In this document: positions 1 through 9,796 of the stretch, one piece after another
How positions within the stretch are numbered: the stretch's first letter is position 1
Layout: every line of letters begins with the position of its first letter
Virus record (IMG/VR): IMGVR_UViG_3300022752_003639
Location: 64,001 to 128,000 of that record
Length of the DNA: 64,000 bases
Strand: one strand, 5' to 3'
From: a virus
Position numbers and translations under genes: made by a program
Notes under the pieces: model-generated
What the model was told of the DNA's origin: nothing
Seen by the model: only the letters and a program-made list of their open reading frames with translations
The model's database searches: none

Positions 1-89
1 TTAGATATAATGCCTGTAAAAACTAAAAAACAAAGCGTTACAACGGAAATTGAATAATAATTCAGTGTAAGGAATAACTCTAGGCTGGC

Positions 90-96
90 ATAAATA
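90..96 (+). promoter_or_regulatory. T4-late-like promoter ATAAATA
   Basis: ATAAATA 7 nt upstream of ATG 104; the same motif recurs before many genes. Confidence 0.55.
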
Positions 97-103
97 TCGT
101 ATT

Positions 104-538
104 ATGCCAGCACAGAGTCAAAATCTAACTTTTACAATAAATTCAACTAGTACGGTATCGGTAAACTACCCGAATACTGGTACAGGTGCCCTTACTCTTT
201 TGAGCACAAAGGTCAAAGGAGATGGATATTTCAGTGGCAGTGATGGTAATCACACTGTACAAATTCAAACTACAAATTTTCTAGGCAAAATTGACATAGA
301 AGCTAGTCTAGCGTTCAACCCTGGATCTACTGATTGGTTCCCTGTAACTCTTTACACAAATATTATGAGTGTAGATACAACAGGCCTTATACAAAATGGA
401 AATACTTCAACACTAGTATATAATACAGCAACATCTGAAATAAAGGCATTTAATTTTGTAGGCAATTACGTTTGGGTTAGAGGTAAAATTCATCAGTTTA
501 CTTCTGGATCTGTAAATGGCATCAGGTACAATTATTAA
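104..538 (+). CDS. Hypothetical virion structural protein
   Basis: 144-aa T/N/S/G-rich beta-type ORF after a late-like promoter, next to a fibre gene. Confidence 0.5.
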   Translation: MPAQSQNLTFTINSTSTVSVNYPNTGTGALTLLSTKVKGDGYFSGSDGNHTVQIQTTNFLGKIDIEASLAFNPGSTDWFPVTLYTNIMSVDTTGLIQNGNTSTLVYNTATSEIKAFNFVGNYVWVRGKIHQFTSGSVNGIRYNY

Positions 539-548
539 GGAACGATAG

Positions 549-3218
549 ATGTCAAAGCAAACTATCAATGTAGGATCAGGAGAACTAACTGGAGATGGTG
601 AAAGTCTACGTTCAGCCTTTCAAAAAATAAACTCAAATTTTACAGAACTTTATGGTGAAAAAATAGGTCCTACAGGCCCAATTGGCCCACAAGGACCTGC
701 AGGTATCAGTGCAGATCAACTTCTAAACACTACAAACACTGTAAAGTTTGCAAGTTTAACAGTGACCAATAGTCTCGTTGTAGGAGGATTTCCGTTAAAT
801 GATAAAGGAATTTTCCCTTCAATTTATAGCACTCTGTCAACTACTTTAGTTGTAGGCAATTATAATACAGGTACTGAAGGTGGTTTACTTATAAGAGGTT
901 ATGGTCAAAATAGAACTCAAGGTACCACTTCAACAAACGGCATACCCTTTATACATTTTGAAAGCAGTAGAGGTTTACCTTCTAACCTGTTACCTGTAAG
1001 TAATACACATGTTTTAGGATCAATTTCAGTAGGGGGATACGACGGTAATAAATGGATTACAGAGTACGATAATAACCCCACTACAAACATTACCCCGACC
1101 GGAGCAATATTTTTTGCAGCATCTGAAAACTGGACTAATAGTTTAGGAACAGGAAGCAATACAGCAACAAACGTTGGCACGAATATAGGTATCAACCTCC
1201 AACCTCCAAATATTAGATTAGATTCTACTTCAAGACAACGTATTTTGCAATTAACTTGGGGAGTTGGAACAAACTCGGCGACAGTAAATTCTCCTCCTAC
1301 TTCTAATCTTATTCTAGGAAATGGTAGCCCTATTACACCAACCTTAGTAGGATCTACCGGATCATTTACTCATACTGGATTTGGAACAACATTCATCCAA
1401 GGTGTTAATTCAAATTTCTATCTTTTTTCTACACCAAACAATGAAGTTGCAACATTTGTAGGAGATATTTCAAACTCAACATTAAATGTAACATCTGTGG
1501 TGTCAGGCAGAATAAGCATTGGTCAAAGAATATTCTCCGTAGCAGCAGGAGCATGGGGATCTGTCTTAGTCGGTACTGTTATTACAGGGTATGGAACAGG
1601 TTCGGGATTAACAGGCACATATACAATAAATCAGAGTCAAACTGTTAGTTCAACAACATTATACTCGGGTCCAGATAATCATACATATAGCAGTAACGGT
1701 TCAACGATAGGACACATTACAGGCAGACGAAGTGGAGTAGCTGGTCGTCGTAATGCATTAAAAACAGGCGACAGAGTCGGGTCCTACACCTTTGCTAGTC
1801 AATTTACTGATAATTCATCAGGATCAGGCTCAGTTGTGTCTGAATTTTCGGTATACATGCTTGAAGATGCTACAGCATCAGCAAGAGGATCTAATTTTCA
1901 ATTAAGAACTGTTACAAGTGGAACAACCATATTATCAACAAGACTCCATTTAGATAGCGATGGACACTCGTACAATTCAAATGTACATATATTCGAAAGT
2001 GTTTCATCTGCTACAATAGCTGTACTTACTACATCATCGGCTAGTTTCAATACTCATGCAATTCCGTACACAGATAATAATTATGACCTAGGTAGTTCAT
2101 CTAATACATGGCGAAATTTATATCTTAACGGTTTAAATATTACAGGTTCAGGATCAGATTTATTAATAAATTCTATGCCTGTTAGTAAAGCAGGTTCGTT
2201 ATCCTACGGAACGTATACTATTGCTATTACTACATCGGGTAGTTTAGTATTTCCAGATGGGACTATACAAGATACAGCCTTCAAGAGCAATTATGACATC
2301 ACAGCAGTATCAGTTTCAACATTAACAAATAAAACTATTAATATACAAACCAGTACAGGCAATGTTTTTCAAATTCAAGGTAATTCACTTACAGCATATT
2401 CAGGATCAGGTAATTCAGTAGCACTGACAGTTAATCCTACATTTAACGCCTTAACCTTAGGAAATTCTTCTCTAATATCTTTAGATGGAGGACTAGGTTC
2501 TCTTTACTGGGCAGGGCAAACAGGAGTTGCTCAAGCTGGTATTAGCATGGCAGGATTTTATAGAACTCTAACAGCTTCGACCAATGCCTTGTTTACTTTT
2601 GGAGCCAGTGGCAATGGCAACATGAGTGTTGGAGTAGAAGGTAGTTTATTTGTAGGAACAAATTTACCAAATAACAACGCAGGATTAAATTCAGATTATG
2701 CAGGATGGTTAGTTGTACAAGCAGGCGGAAAGTTCGGAGGTGATATTAACACACTAGGTGCCGTAAAATTTGATAGCACCGTTACAGGATATATGCAGTT
2801 TGCAGATAATACCATACAAAACACTGCGTTTACTACCAGCCCAACTTTAAATATTCTAAAAATTAACGTAGGCGTACATGAAAACTTTCAATCACAGTCA
2901 GGAGCTACCGGAGTAATTACACATAATTGTTCATTAGGACATGTATTTAGACAAAATCTACCAACTTCTAATTATACTGCTAATTTTATAAATCTCAACC
3001 TTAATACAAGTTATGTCACAGCAGTAAGTGTAGTAATTACACAAGGACCTGTTGCTTATATACCTAATGTTGTTCAAATAGATGGTGTTACTCAAACAAT
3101 AAATTGGCAAGGTACTTATGTACCTGTCCCAAGTCCAAATAGAATCGATGTTGTAACTTTTAGTATTTTTAATAACGGTGGAAGTTATACTGTATTAGGT
3201 CAACTTTCAGGATTCTAA
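549..3218 (+). CDS. Tail fibre / baseplate-attached fibre protein
   Basis: N-terminal TINVGSGELTGDGESLRSAFQKINSNFTELY (T4 gp9/gp10-type motif), short [13 protein letters not shown] collagen stretch, S/T/G-rich body. Confidence 0.7.
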   Translation: MSKQTINVGSGELTGDGESLRSAFQKINSNFTELYGEKIGPTGPIGPQGPAGISADQLLNTTNTVKFASLTVTNSLVVGGFPLNDKGIFPSIYSTLSTTLVVGNYNTGTEGGLLIRGYGQNRTQGTTSTNGIPFIHFESSRGLPSNLLPVSNTHVLGSISVGGYDGNKWITEYDNNPTTNITPTGAIFFAASENWTNSLGTGSNTATNVGTNIGINLQPPNIRLDSTSRQRILQLTWGVGTNSATVNSPPTSNLILGNGSPITPTLVGSTGSFTHTGFGTTFIQGVNSNFYLFSTPNNEVATFVGDISNSTLNVTSVVSGRISIGQRIFSVAAGAWGSVLVGTVITGYGTGSGLTGTYTINQSQTVSSTTLYSGPDNHTYSSNGSTIGHITGRRSGVAGRRNALKTGDRVGSYTFASQFTDNSSGSGSVVSEFSVYMLEDATASARGSNFQLRTVTSGTTILSTRLHLDSDGHSYNSNVHIFESVSSATIAVLTTSSASFNTHAIPYTDNNYDLGSSSNTWRNLYLNGLNITGSGSDLLINSMPVSKAGSLSYGTYTIAITTSGSLVFPDGTIQDTAFKSNYDITAVSVSTLTNKTINIQTSTGNVFQIQGNSLTAYSGSGNSVALTVNPTFNALTLGNSSLISLDGGLGSLYWAGQTGVAQAGISMAGFYRTLTASTNALFTFGASGNGNMSVGVEGSLFVGTNLPNNNAGLNSDYAGWLVVQAGGKFGGDINTLGAVKFDSTVTGYMQFADNTIQNTAFTTSPTLNILKINVGVHENFQSQSGATGVITHNCSLGHVFRQNLPTSNYTANFINLNLNTSYVTAVSVVITQGPVAYIPNVVQIDGVTQTINWQGTYVPVPSPNRIDVVTFSIFNNGGSYTVLGQLSGF

Positions 3219-3219
3219 T

Positions 3220-3948
3220 GTGTATAGTAGATTCGTTGCCACAAAAGAATTTGGTAGAGGAAAAACTTCTAACGTAGTCGCATCGGGGTTAGTTTTTTAT
3301 CTAAATGCGAATAACTTATCTAGCTATTCAGGAACTGGTAATGTTTGGAACGATATCAGCGGGCAAGGAAATCATGCTATACTAACTAATGGTCCTGTAT
3401 ACAACTCATTAAATGGTGGCAGTTTTTTATTCGATGGGTTTGATGATATAGCTCCTATAGGTTCAACAAACTTTCCCTATGTAAGTTCACCCTCTACTTT
3501 ATCTGCCTGGGCAAAAACAAATATAATTACTCCTGGGCCAAAATCACCTAGTTCTTTTAGAATAATTGTAAGTTATGGAAGAGCTGTGGAAAATCAGGCT
3601 AGATACATAGGAATTAAAAATAGAGAATTTTATTTTGGTGGGTTTGGTGCCAGTGCTATTTTTTCAGATACTATAGTGCCATTAAATACCTGGTTCAATC
3701 TTACCGGAGTATATGATGGAAGTTATGCCAGTATATATGTAAATGGCGAACTAGTAATAGGTCCAGTTTCAAGATCATGGAGCACAGTGGCGGAAACAGC
3801 CAATGTTGGTAGACAAGTTTATACCGATCCTGCAAACTATGAAAGGTGGGATGGTAACATAGCTCAGGTTATGATTTATAATAGAGCCTTAAATCCAATA
3901 GAAGTCGCTCAAAATTTCAACGTCTATAGATCCACATATGGGCTATAA
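3220..3948 (+). CDS. LamG/concanavalin-A-like lectin domain protein
   Basis: GLVFYLNA..SY.GTGNVWNDISG, WFNLTGVYDGS..SIYVNG, WDGNIAQVMIYNRAL. Confidence 0.75.
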   Translation: MYSRFVATKEFGRGKTSNVVASGLVFYLNANNLSSYSGTGNVWNDISGQGNHAILTNGPVYNSLNGGSFLFDGFDDIAPIGSTNFPYVSSPSTLSAWAKTNIITPGPKSPSSFRIIVSYGRAVENQARYIGIKNREFYFGGFGASAIFSDTIVPLNTWFNLTGVYDGSYASIYVNGELVIGPVSRSWSTVAETANVGRQVYTDPANYERWDGNIAQVMIYNRALNPIEVAQNFNVYRSTYGL

Positions 3949-3954
3949 TTTCAT

Positions 3955-3960
3955 TAAATA
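3955..3960 (+). promoter_or_regulatory. Late-like promoter TAAATA
   Basis: Intergenic TAAATA upstream of ORF 3981. Confidence 0.45.
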
Positions 3961-3980
3961 GTATATTAGGAAAAATTATT

Positions 3981-4472
3981 ATGAGAATAATAGATATTTT
4001 AACAGAAGATAACAATTTAAGAACCGGCGATGTTCTAGCTATAGAATGTGATAATGGACTACTTATTGAATCTACCATAGTAGGATTTATGAACGACGGC
4101 GTAGTAATACAAGGAGACTCTGTTATTCTTTCTTATCTAAAATATGAACCTTTTAATGAATCTATCACAAAGTTTACCAGTATGGAACTGGCAGTTATGG
4201 AAGGCGGTGGTGATATTAGTGACTTATCTGAAGCAGAATATCAAGGTCGTAATGTCCCTTTAGGTAAGCCTATGGCGGGAGATGTCAAAAAGTCTAAAGT
4301 CTATGTTAAGGGACCAAGTGGTAGGGTAGTCAAGGTAAATTTCGGCGACAAGAAAATGAAAATTAAAAAGTCTAATCCAAAACGCCGAAAGAGTTTTAGA
4401 GCTCGTCATAATTGCAAAAATCCCGGACCACGTTGGAAAGCACGTTATTGGTCATGTAGGGCATGGGAATAA
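3981..4472 (+). CDS. Putative internal head protein with basic C-terminal domain
   Basis: MRIIDILTE N-terminus; acidic N-half, then LSE, then K/R-rich VNFGD..RRKSFRARHNC..KARYWSC module. Confidence 0.55.
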   Translation: MRIIDILTEDNNLRTGDVLAIECDNGLLIESTIVGFMNDGVVIQGDSVILSYLKYEPFNESITKFTSMELAVMEGGGDISDLSEAEYQGRNVPLGKPMAGDVKKSKVYVKGPSGRVVKVNFGDKKMKIKKSNPKRRKSFRARHNCKNPGPRWKARYWSCRAWE

Positions 4473-4475
4473 ATC

Positions 4476-4832
4476 ATGTTACTTAACGAATTTTTTAATA
4501 ATCCTATAAATTTACATAGAAAAGAAAACCACGAATCGTCTACATATAAAGATGATTTGTTTCATTATATTTTAGATCATGACAAGCTGCATAAAGATTA
4601 TTTTTTTCCAATTGCAAAAAAATTAAAACATTTAAAAGAAAACACAGATAAAAAAATAATAGAAATTTTTATGCCTATGGTTATTAAGGGCTGTAAAGAA
4701 TATTATCATAATCAAAAAATGGAGGGTAGATTAAGTAAATTATTTCCTCAAGAAATGAGAGAGGAGCTTTGTCAACGTCTATACGATCACTACTATGAAG
4801 ACGTTCGTGCGGGCAAATATAGGCTGGGGTGA
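4476..4832 (+). CDS. Hypothetical protein
   Basis: 118-aa ORF tightly packed in the operon, MLLNEFF start. Confidence 0.6.
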   Translation: MLLNEFFNNPINLHRKENHESSTYKDDLFHYILDHDKLHKDYFFPIAKKLKHLKENTDKKIIEIFMPMVIKGCKEYYHNQKMEGRLSKLFPQEMREELCQRLYDHYYEDVRAGKYRLG

Positions 4833-5722
4833 TTATGTTTCTAGCAGAAGGTGGCAATGAATTTAAACTTGCAGATGGTAGCAATGCCACTAAACAGTCA
4901 GCGTCTACGGAAGAAGTAGATGCAGTCTTAGGTGCATTGAGCAAAGAAATAGGCATAGACTTACTGGCCAACGATCTAGAAAACAAACCTAAATATAAAA
5001 CAGGCAGTGCTATATATCCTGGTGCAGAAACAGGTGACGCAGACACACTGTTAGATCCTGTAGAATTTATACCTGTAGATAAAGGTGCCAAACCTAAAGA
5101 TGTGCAGAATCAATTTAGAGAATTTTTAGCCAAAAAACTACAGACAGCAGGTTATGAATTTCTTGAAAAGAAAGCCACAGTAGACCAACCAGGAAGATTC
5201 TATAAGATATCCGGAGATGGACTCACAGCCTGTGTGCAAATACCAGGCACAGAAGAATGGCTACAAGTAGACCTGGACATAGCAGAACCTGGAGAAGGTA
5301 AGTTTTCAGTATGGAGCAAACGTGGTGAACCTAATGAACCTGGCACACCAAAAGACAGTCGTGCCAAAGGTGCCTTTCGTCATATTCTGCTAGCGGCCAT
5401 AGGTAGTAAGTTAATCAGTCCAGAACATCCACAGGGCCTTAGTTGGAGTTTTAAGAATGGCCTATTTGACCGTGCTACCAAACAGGTAGTTAGCAAAGAT
5501 CCTAATGAAGTAGCCAATATCCTATTCGGTGGCAAGGCCAGCGATCTAGACAACATTAATGCCATACTGGCTAAATTTAAACAGACACATCCTAATCACT
5601 ATAATGATGTTGTACAAAATGTCAATGCTGGACTGGAAAAATATAACACACAGTATAGACTAAAAGAAAGTCATGCTGTGGGCACACCTCAATGGTTTAG
5701 GATCGTCCTGGATCTAATATGA
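4829..5722 (+). CDS. Pol-beta superfamily nucleotidyltransferase-like protein
   Basis: GS..(x)..GDAD motif (KTGSAIYPGAETGDADTLLD) plus a distal VQVDLD acidic strand; EGGN start. Confidence 0.6.
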   Translation: MIMFLAEGGNEFKLADGSNATKQSASTEEVDAVLGALSKEIGIDLLANDLENKPKYKTGSAIYPGAETGDADTLLDPVEFIPVDKGAKPKDVQNQFREFLAKKLQTAGYEFLEKKATVDQPGRFYKISGDGLTACVQIPGTEEWLQVDLDIAEPGEGKFSVWSKRGEPNEPGTPKDSRAKGAFRHILLAAIGSKLISPEHPQGLSWSFKNGLFDRATKQVVSKDPNEVANILFGGKASDLDNINAILAKFKQTHPNHYNDVVQNVNAGLEKYNTQYRLKESHAVGTPQWFRIVLDLI

Positions 5723-6849
5723 GAATTAGGGAACTACTAGAAGCGGCAGCAGTTGGTCGCAAATATCAACACATAGAAGACCTTGTGTTTACCAATGGTA
5801 GTCAAGGTGGACTTCATGCCGCAGAACGCCTGCGCAGCATGGCATCAACTGGTGGCACTGTTGAAATTAAGTGGGACGGTAGCCCTGTTGTCTACTGGGG
5901 GCGTGATGAACAAGGTCGCTTTTCAATGATTCCTAAAAATGCCTGGGAATATCTCAAGCGTGGCAAATCAGAAGTTGCCCCAGGTGTTCCTACTGCGATG
6001 TATAGTCCAGATGACATTAAAAAGTTTGTGTTGGGCACAGGCAAAGTAGAACCCGGTCAAGAAAAACAGCGACAGGCCTTTGCCAACAGCATGGCAGAAT
6101 TATGGCCCTACTTTGAAAAAGCCAGTCCACCTCGAGGTTATGTAGAAGGTGGTATACTGTTCAGTCCAGAAAAACCTGCTCAACTAAATTCTAAAACTAT
6201 GGAGTATGACTTTACTCCAAACATTACCAGCTTCCATATTCATAAAGACAGTGAGCTAGGACAGCGTATTTCCAAGGCCAAACTTATGGTAGCTGTTACA
6301 GGTTATTATGATAGTCTAGGCAGTTCAGATGAAGGACGTTTTCCAGATGCAGAAAAACTATCTACACCAGACGTAATTGTTCAAGGCACTACCTATGTGG
6401 CACAGGCACCTGGCATAGATGATACATTAGTAGATCAAGCAGAAGGTTTTATTGAAAAGAACGGTCAACGCATAGATCAATTCCTAGCACCCAAACCAGG
6501 ATTAAGTAAGGTAGGTGATATACTTTACAAATTCTATAACCAAAATCTGCGCATAGAAGGAACAAAACAAAAGTTTAAGGCTTGGGCAGCACAAAATCTC
6601 AGCCAATCGCAAGCTGCAAAGGTTCTAAACGATCCTGGTCTAGAAACTGTGCTAGATGCTGTAGAGTTATTGAGCAAGGCTAAAACAGATCTAATCACTA
6701 AACTAAGTTCAGGAACACATGCAGGTATTAGACAGACTAAACCAGAAGGTTATGTTCAAGCACATCCAGGTGGCAAATTCAAGAGTGATCTACCTGGGCA
6801 ATTTGTCAAGGCCATAGATCAAGCAACATGGGCACCAAGGAAAGACTAA
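5719..6849 (+). CDS. ATP-dependent RNA-ligase-like protein (DUF6267-like)
   Basis: Ligase motif I KWDGSP, motif III-like VEGGILF, motif IV KPEGYV, motif V FVKAID. Confidence 0.65.
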   Translation: MRIRELLEAAAVGRKYQHIEDLVFTNGSQGGLHAAERLRSMASTGGTVEIKWDGSPVVYWGRDEQGRFSMIPKNAWEYLKRGKSEVAPGVPTAMYSPDDIKKFVLGTGKVEPGQEKQRQAFANSMAELWPYFEKASPPRGYVEGGILFSPEKPAQLNSKTMEYDFTPNITSFHIHKDSELGQRISKAKLMVAVTGYYDSLGSSDEGRFPDAEKLSTPDVIVQGTTYVAQAPGIDDTLVDQAEGFIEKNGQRIDQFLAPKPGLSKVGDILYKFYNQNLRIEGTKQKFKAWAAQNLSQSQAAKVLNDPGLETVLDAVELLSKAKTDLITKLSSGTHAGIRQTKPEGYVQAHPGGKFKSDLPGQFVKAIDQATWAPRKD

Positions 6850-6850
6850 T

Positions 6851-9010
6851 ATGTTATTAAGACAATTATTTGAAAATACGTCAACACCTAAAACCGCAGT
6901 GTTAGGATGGGGTAGAGGTATGGGACACAAAGGTCATATGCTATTGGCCAAAGCTGTACTGCATCATGCTCAAGAAAATCAAGCTAAACCTTTCTTTGTG
7001 GTCAGTAGAACTAGTCTAGTAGATCCTAGCACAGGTCAACCCTGGGCAGATAAACCCACATTTACCAAGACCAAAGATGATCCTCTTACACCAGACGAAA
7101 AACTCAATACTTATCGCAAGGTATTCCCACAAAATGCAGAAGTATTCAGTGTGGCCACGGCAGATGCTACTAAGTTAGAACAGGTCATGGCAAAAATTGC
7201 CCGTGAAGGATTTAATAAAGTCATATTGGTTGTAGGTGAAGACCAAAAAGACTCAATGGGATATCTAACTCGTCCTGCTAAATCAACAGGCGTTCCACCA
7301 TATAAAGAAGCAGGAATAGATCAATTAGAAATTATCAGTAGGCAAGATACTACAGAACCCAGCAGTATGAGAGGCAGTCCAGAATATCAAGAAGGACCTA
7401 GAGCCACACCTATGCGGCAGGTCCTAATGGATCCCTCAAAGAGTGAACAAGAACAATTTGCCATATGGCGCAGAGACATGCCAGATAATTTAAGTGATGA
7501 AGAAGTCATGGATCTCATGCTCAAGGCTAAACAGCGTATGAGCATGGTTCCTGCTGGTAAGCGTGGCGTAAAAGAACGTATGCTACCACCTAGCACATTT
7601 GCAGGCTATCCAAAAAACAAACTTGGCGCTGCTGCTCATTTAAAAGGTAAAATGAAAAGACCTGCCAGAGCAGGTGATCTTGTAGGTGATGCTCAAGAAA
7701 GTATAGAAGAAGATTCATACAAAATTGCCCCCGGAGATAATTTATCCACTTTGGCTAAGAAATTTGGCACAACGGTAGATGCTCTAATGAAGGCCAATCC
7801 ACAAATAAAAGATGCTAATCGTATACAAGCAGGCGCTACACTAAATGTTCCTAGTCAAGGCAGTGATCCTAAAGGTTCAGTAAGATCCGGTCCTAACACA
7901 AATATCAGGCCAGATACAAGAGCAAGAGCACAGGCACAGGTAGCACCTTTAGACAAACCTAAAGCATCAATACCGCAAAAGTCTAATGCCTTACAAGAAC
8001 CTGGATTCATGGAAAAACTAAAACAGGTTGCAGACAATCTACAGATTAACGCAAATGATTTATTAGGTGTAATGAAACATGAATCACGTATGAATCCAGC
8101 AGCAGTGAATCAGCAATCAGGTGCTACAGGACTAATACAGTTTATGCCACGCACAGCGCAGAGTCTAGGAACTTCAACAGACGAACTCCGCACCATGAGT
8201 GCATTAGACCAATTAGATTATGTAGAGCGTTATTTTAAACCTATAGCAGGCAAGGCCAAAGACATAGGTGACCTATATATGTTTACATTCATGCCGGCAG
8301 CAGTGGGCAAACCAGATGACTTTGTAATTGGTGTAAAGAATGGTGACAAACCTTTGTTTGGTCTGAACCAAGGAAAATTATATGCTCAAAATTCAGTATT
8401 CGACAAAGATAAAAAAGGATATTATACTGTAGGTGATATCAAATCTCGTGTATCTGGATTTGCTGAAGGTGTAGAAGAAGGTTGGAAATCTAAACTAGCA
8501 GGACTTGGATTAGCGGCTGCTGCGGCTATGGCGCCAGGTAAATCAGATGCTAGAGTAAACATAGATGACCCAGATAGTTATCGTGCTCCGGCTCCTATAG
8601 CACAGCAACAAAAAATAGACTACACAGCACCCGGTCCTGTTACAAAAGACAGCATGGGACAGAAATTAGAGTATGGTATTCCTGTTACTCCAGACGGCAA
8701 ATTTAAGGCACCTAGTCAAGATTTACCAGACGACGAATATGCTCAACAGTTAAAAGCCTATAAGACATGGAAAGCAGACTTTATGTCTAGGTGGCCTGAC
8801 GCAGTATGGAATAGTGATGGTAGTGCGAAATCTAATATGAAACCAGGTCTAGCACCTATGGCGCCAGGATATAAACCGGGCAGTGGACAAGGACTAGCAC
8901 CTGTATTTCCGGGTGCGGTTAAAGAAGATAAATTTGTACCACTCAGTGAGGATGTAGCCAGTATCTACAAGAGTTTATTAGACACAATTTTAATTAACGA
9001 ACAAAAATAA
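6851..9010 (+). CDS. Fusion of HxGH (cytidyltransferase-like) nucleotidyltransferase, LysM and lytic transglycosylase (SLT)
   Basis: GRGMGHKGH and VVGEDQ; LysM YKIAPGDNLSTLAKKFGTTVDALMKANP; SLT HESRMNPAA..GATGLIQFMP. Confidence 0.75.
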   Translation: MLLRQLFENTSTPKTAVLGWGRGMGHKGHMLLAKAVLHHAQENQAKPFFVVSRTSLVDPSTGQPWADKPTFTKTKDDPLTPDEKLNTYRKVFPQNAEVFSVATADATKLEQVMAKIAREGFNKVILVVGEDQKDSMGYLTRPAKSTGVPPYKEAGIDQLEIISRQDTTEPSSMRGSPEYQEGPRATPMRQVLMDPSKSEQEQFAIWRRDMPDNLSDEEVMDLMLKAKQRMSMVPAGKRGVKERMLPPSTFAGYPKNKLGAAAHLKGKMKRPARAGDLVGDAQESIEEDSYKIAPGDNLSTLAKKFGTTVDALMKANPQIKDANRIQAGATLNVPSQGSDPKGSVRSGPNTNIRPDTRARAQAQVAPLDKPKASIPQKSNALQEPGFMEKLKQVADNLQINANDLLGVMKHESRMNPAAVNQQSGATGLIQFMPRTAQSLGTSTDELRTMSALDQLDYVERYFKPIAGKAKDIGDLYMFTFMPAAVGKPDDFVIGVKNGDKPLFGLNQGKLYAQNSVFDKDKKGYYTVGDIKSRVSGFAEGVEEGWKSKLAGLGLAAAAAMAPGKSDARVNIDDPDSYRAPAPIAQQQKIDYTAPGPVTKDSMGQKLEYGIPVTPDGKFKAPSQDLPDDEYAQQLKAYKTWKADFMSRWPDAVWNSDGSAKSNMKPGLAPMAPGYKPGSGQGLAPVFPGAVKEDKFVPLSEDVASIYKSLLDTILINEQK

Positions 9011-9013
9011 ATA
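9007..9013 (+). promoter_or_regulatory. Late-like promoter ATAAATA
   Basis: ATAAATA 7 nt before the dps ATG. Confidence 0.55.
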
Positions 9014-9020
9014 TATTATT

Positions 9021-9458
9021 ATGAAACAACTAATAGAAATAGCTAAAATTGCTTTTGCCAGTGAATTCAGTTTTTACTTAAAAGCACACCAATTTCATTG
9101 GAACGTAGAGGGTGAAGATTTCTTACAATATCACGACTTATTCGGTAAAATTTATGAAGAAGTATATGGAAGTATAGATGATTTTGCAGAAAAAATTCGC
9201 AGCTTAGGGTCTTACATGCCAGGCAGTTATACACGTTACAGTATGTTGAGTAAAATAGAAGATGAAGATCAAATACTTCCTAAAGATCAAATGGTATCTG
9301 AACTTATGAAAGATAACGAACGAATGTTAATTATTTTCAAACAGGTGTTCGATGCCAGTGAAGCTGAACATGAACATGGATTTAGTGATTTTATAGCAGG
9401 ACGTATGGACGCTCATCGTAAACATGGATGGATGTTAAGAGCATCAATGAAAAGATGA
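9021..9458 (+). CDS. dps: Dps / ferritin-like DNA-protection protein
   Basis: HQFHWNVEG..F..YHDLF..IYEE....IDDFAEKIRSLG, terminal HRKHGWML. Confidence 0.9.
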   Translation: MKQLIEIAKIAFASEFSFYLKAHQFHWNVEGEDFLQYHDLFGKIYEEVYGSIDDFAEKIRSLGSYMPGSYTRYSMLSKIEDEDQILPKDQMVSELMKDNERMLIIFKQVFDASEAEHEHGFSDFIAGRMDAHRKHGWMLRASMKR

Positions 9459-9796
9459 GAGCTAAAGAATTTATAAACGAAGATAAAGAAAAGAAAATTC
9501 GTATGGCATCGAGATTATCTCTACCATATGCGCTAAGATTAGATGGATCTGATCAATATTATGATTTTTACAGATTAGGATTGGCCATGGCAGGAGCTCC
9601 TGAAGACGGAACTCCGAAAGAAGGTCCAGCCAAAGATTCCCCTACTATTTGGCCATATTCCGATGCAGATGCACAAAAGGTAGAAAAAGCACTTAAAAAT
9701 CAAGGTGCGACCGGTAAGGTAATTATAAAAAAAGGTAAGAGTGAAGAACTGCCTTCAACAAACACAGTTAGCCCCGTAGCACAATGGATGAGATAA
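9455..9796 (+). CDS. Hypothetical internal protein, paralog A (start refined to ATG 9455)
   Basis: ATGA overlap with the dps stop; MRAKEFINE...TNTVSPVAQW. Confidence 0.6.
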   Translation: MRAKEFINEDKEKKIRMASRLSLPYALRLDGSDQYYDFYRLGLAMAGAPEDGTPKEGPAKDSPTIWPYSDADAQKVEKALKNQGATGKVIIKKGKSEELPSTNTVSPVAQWMR

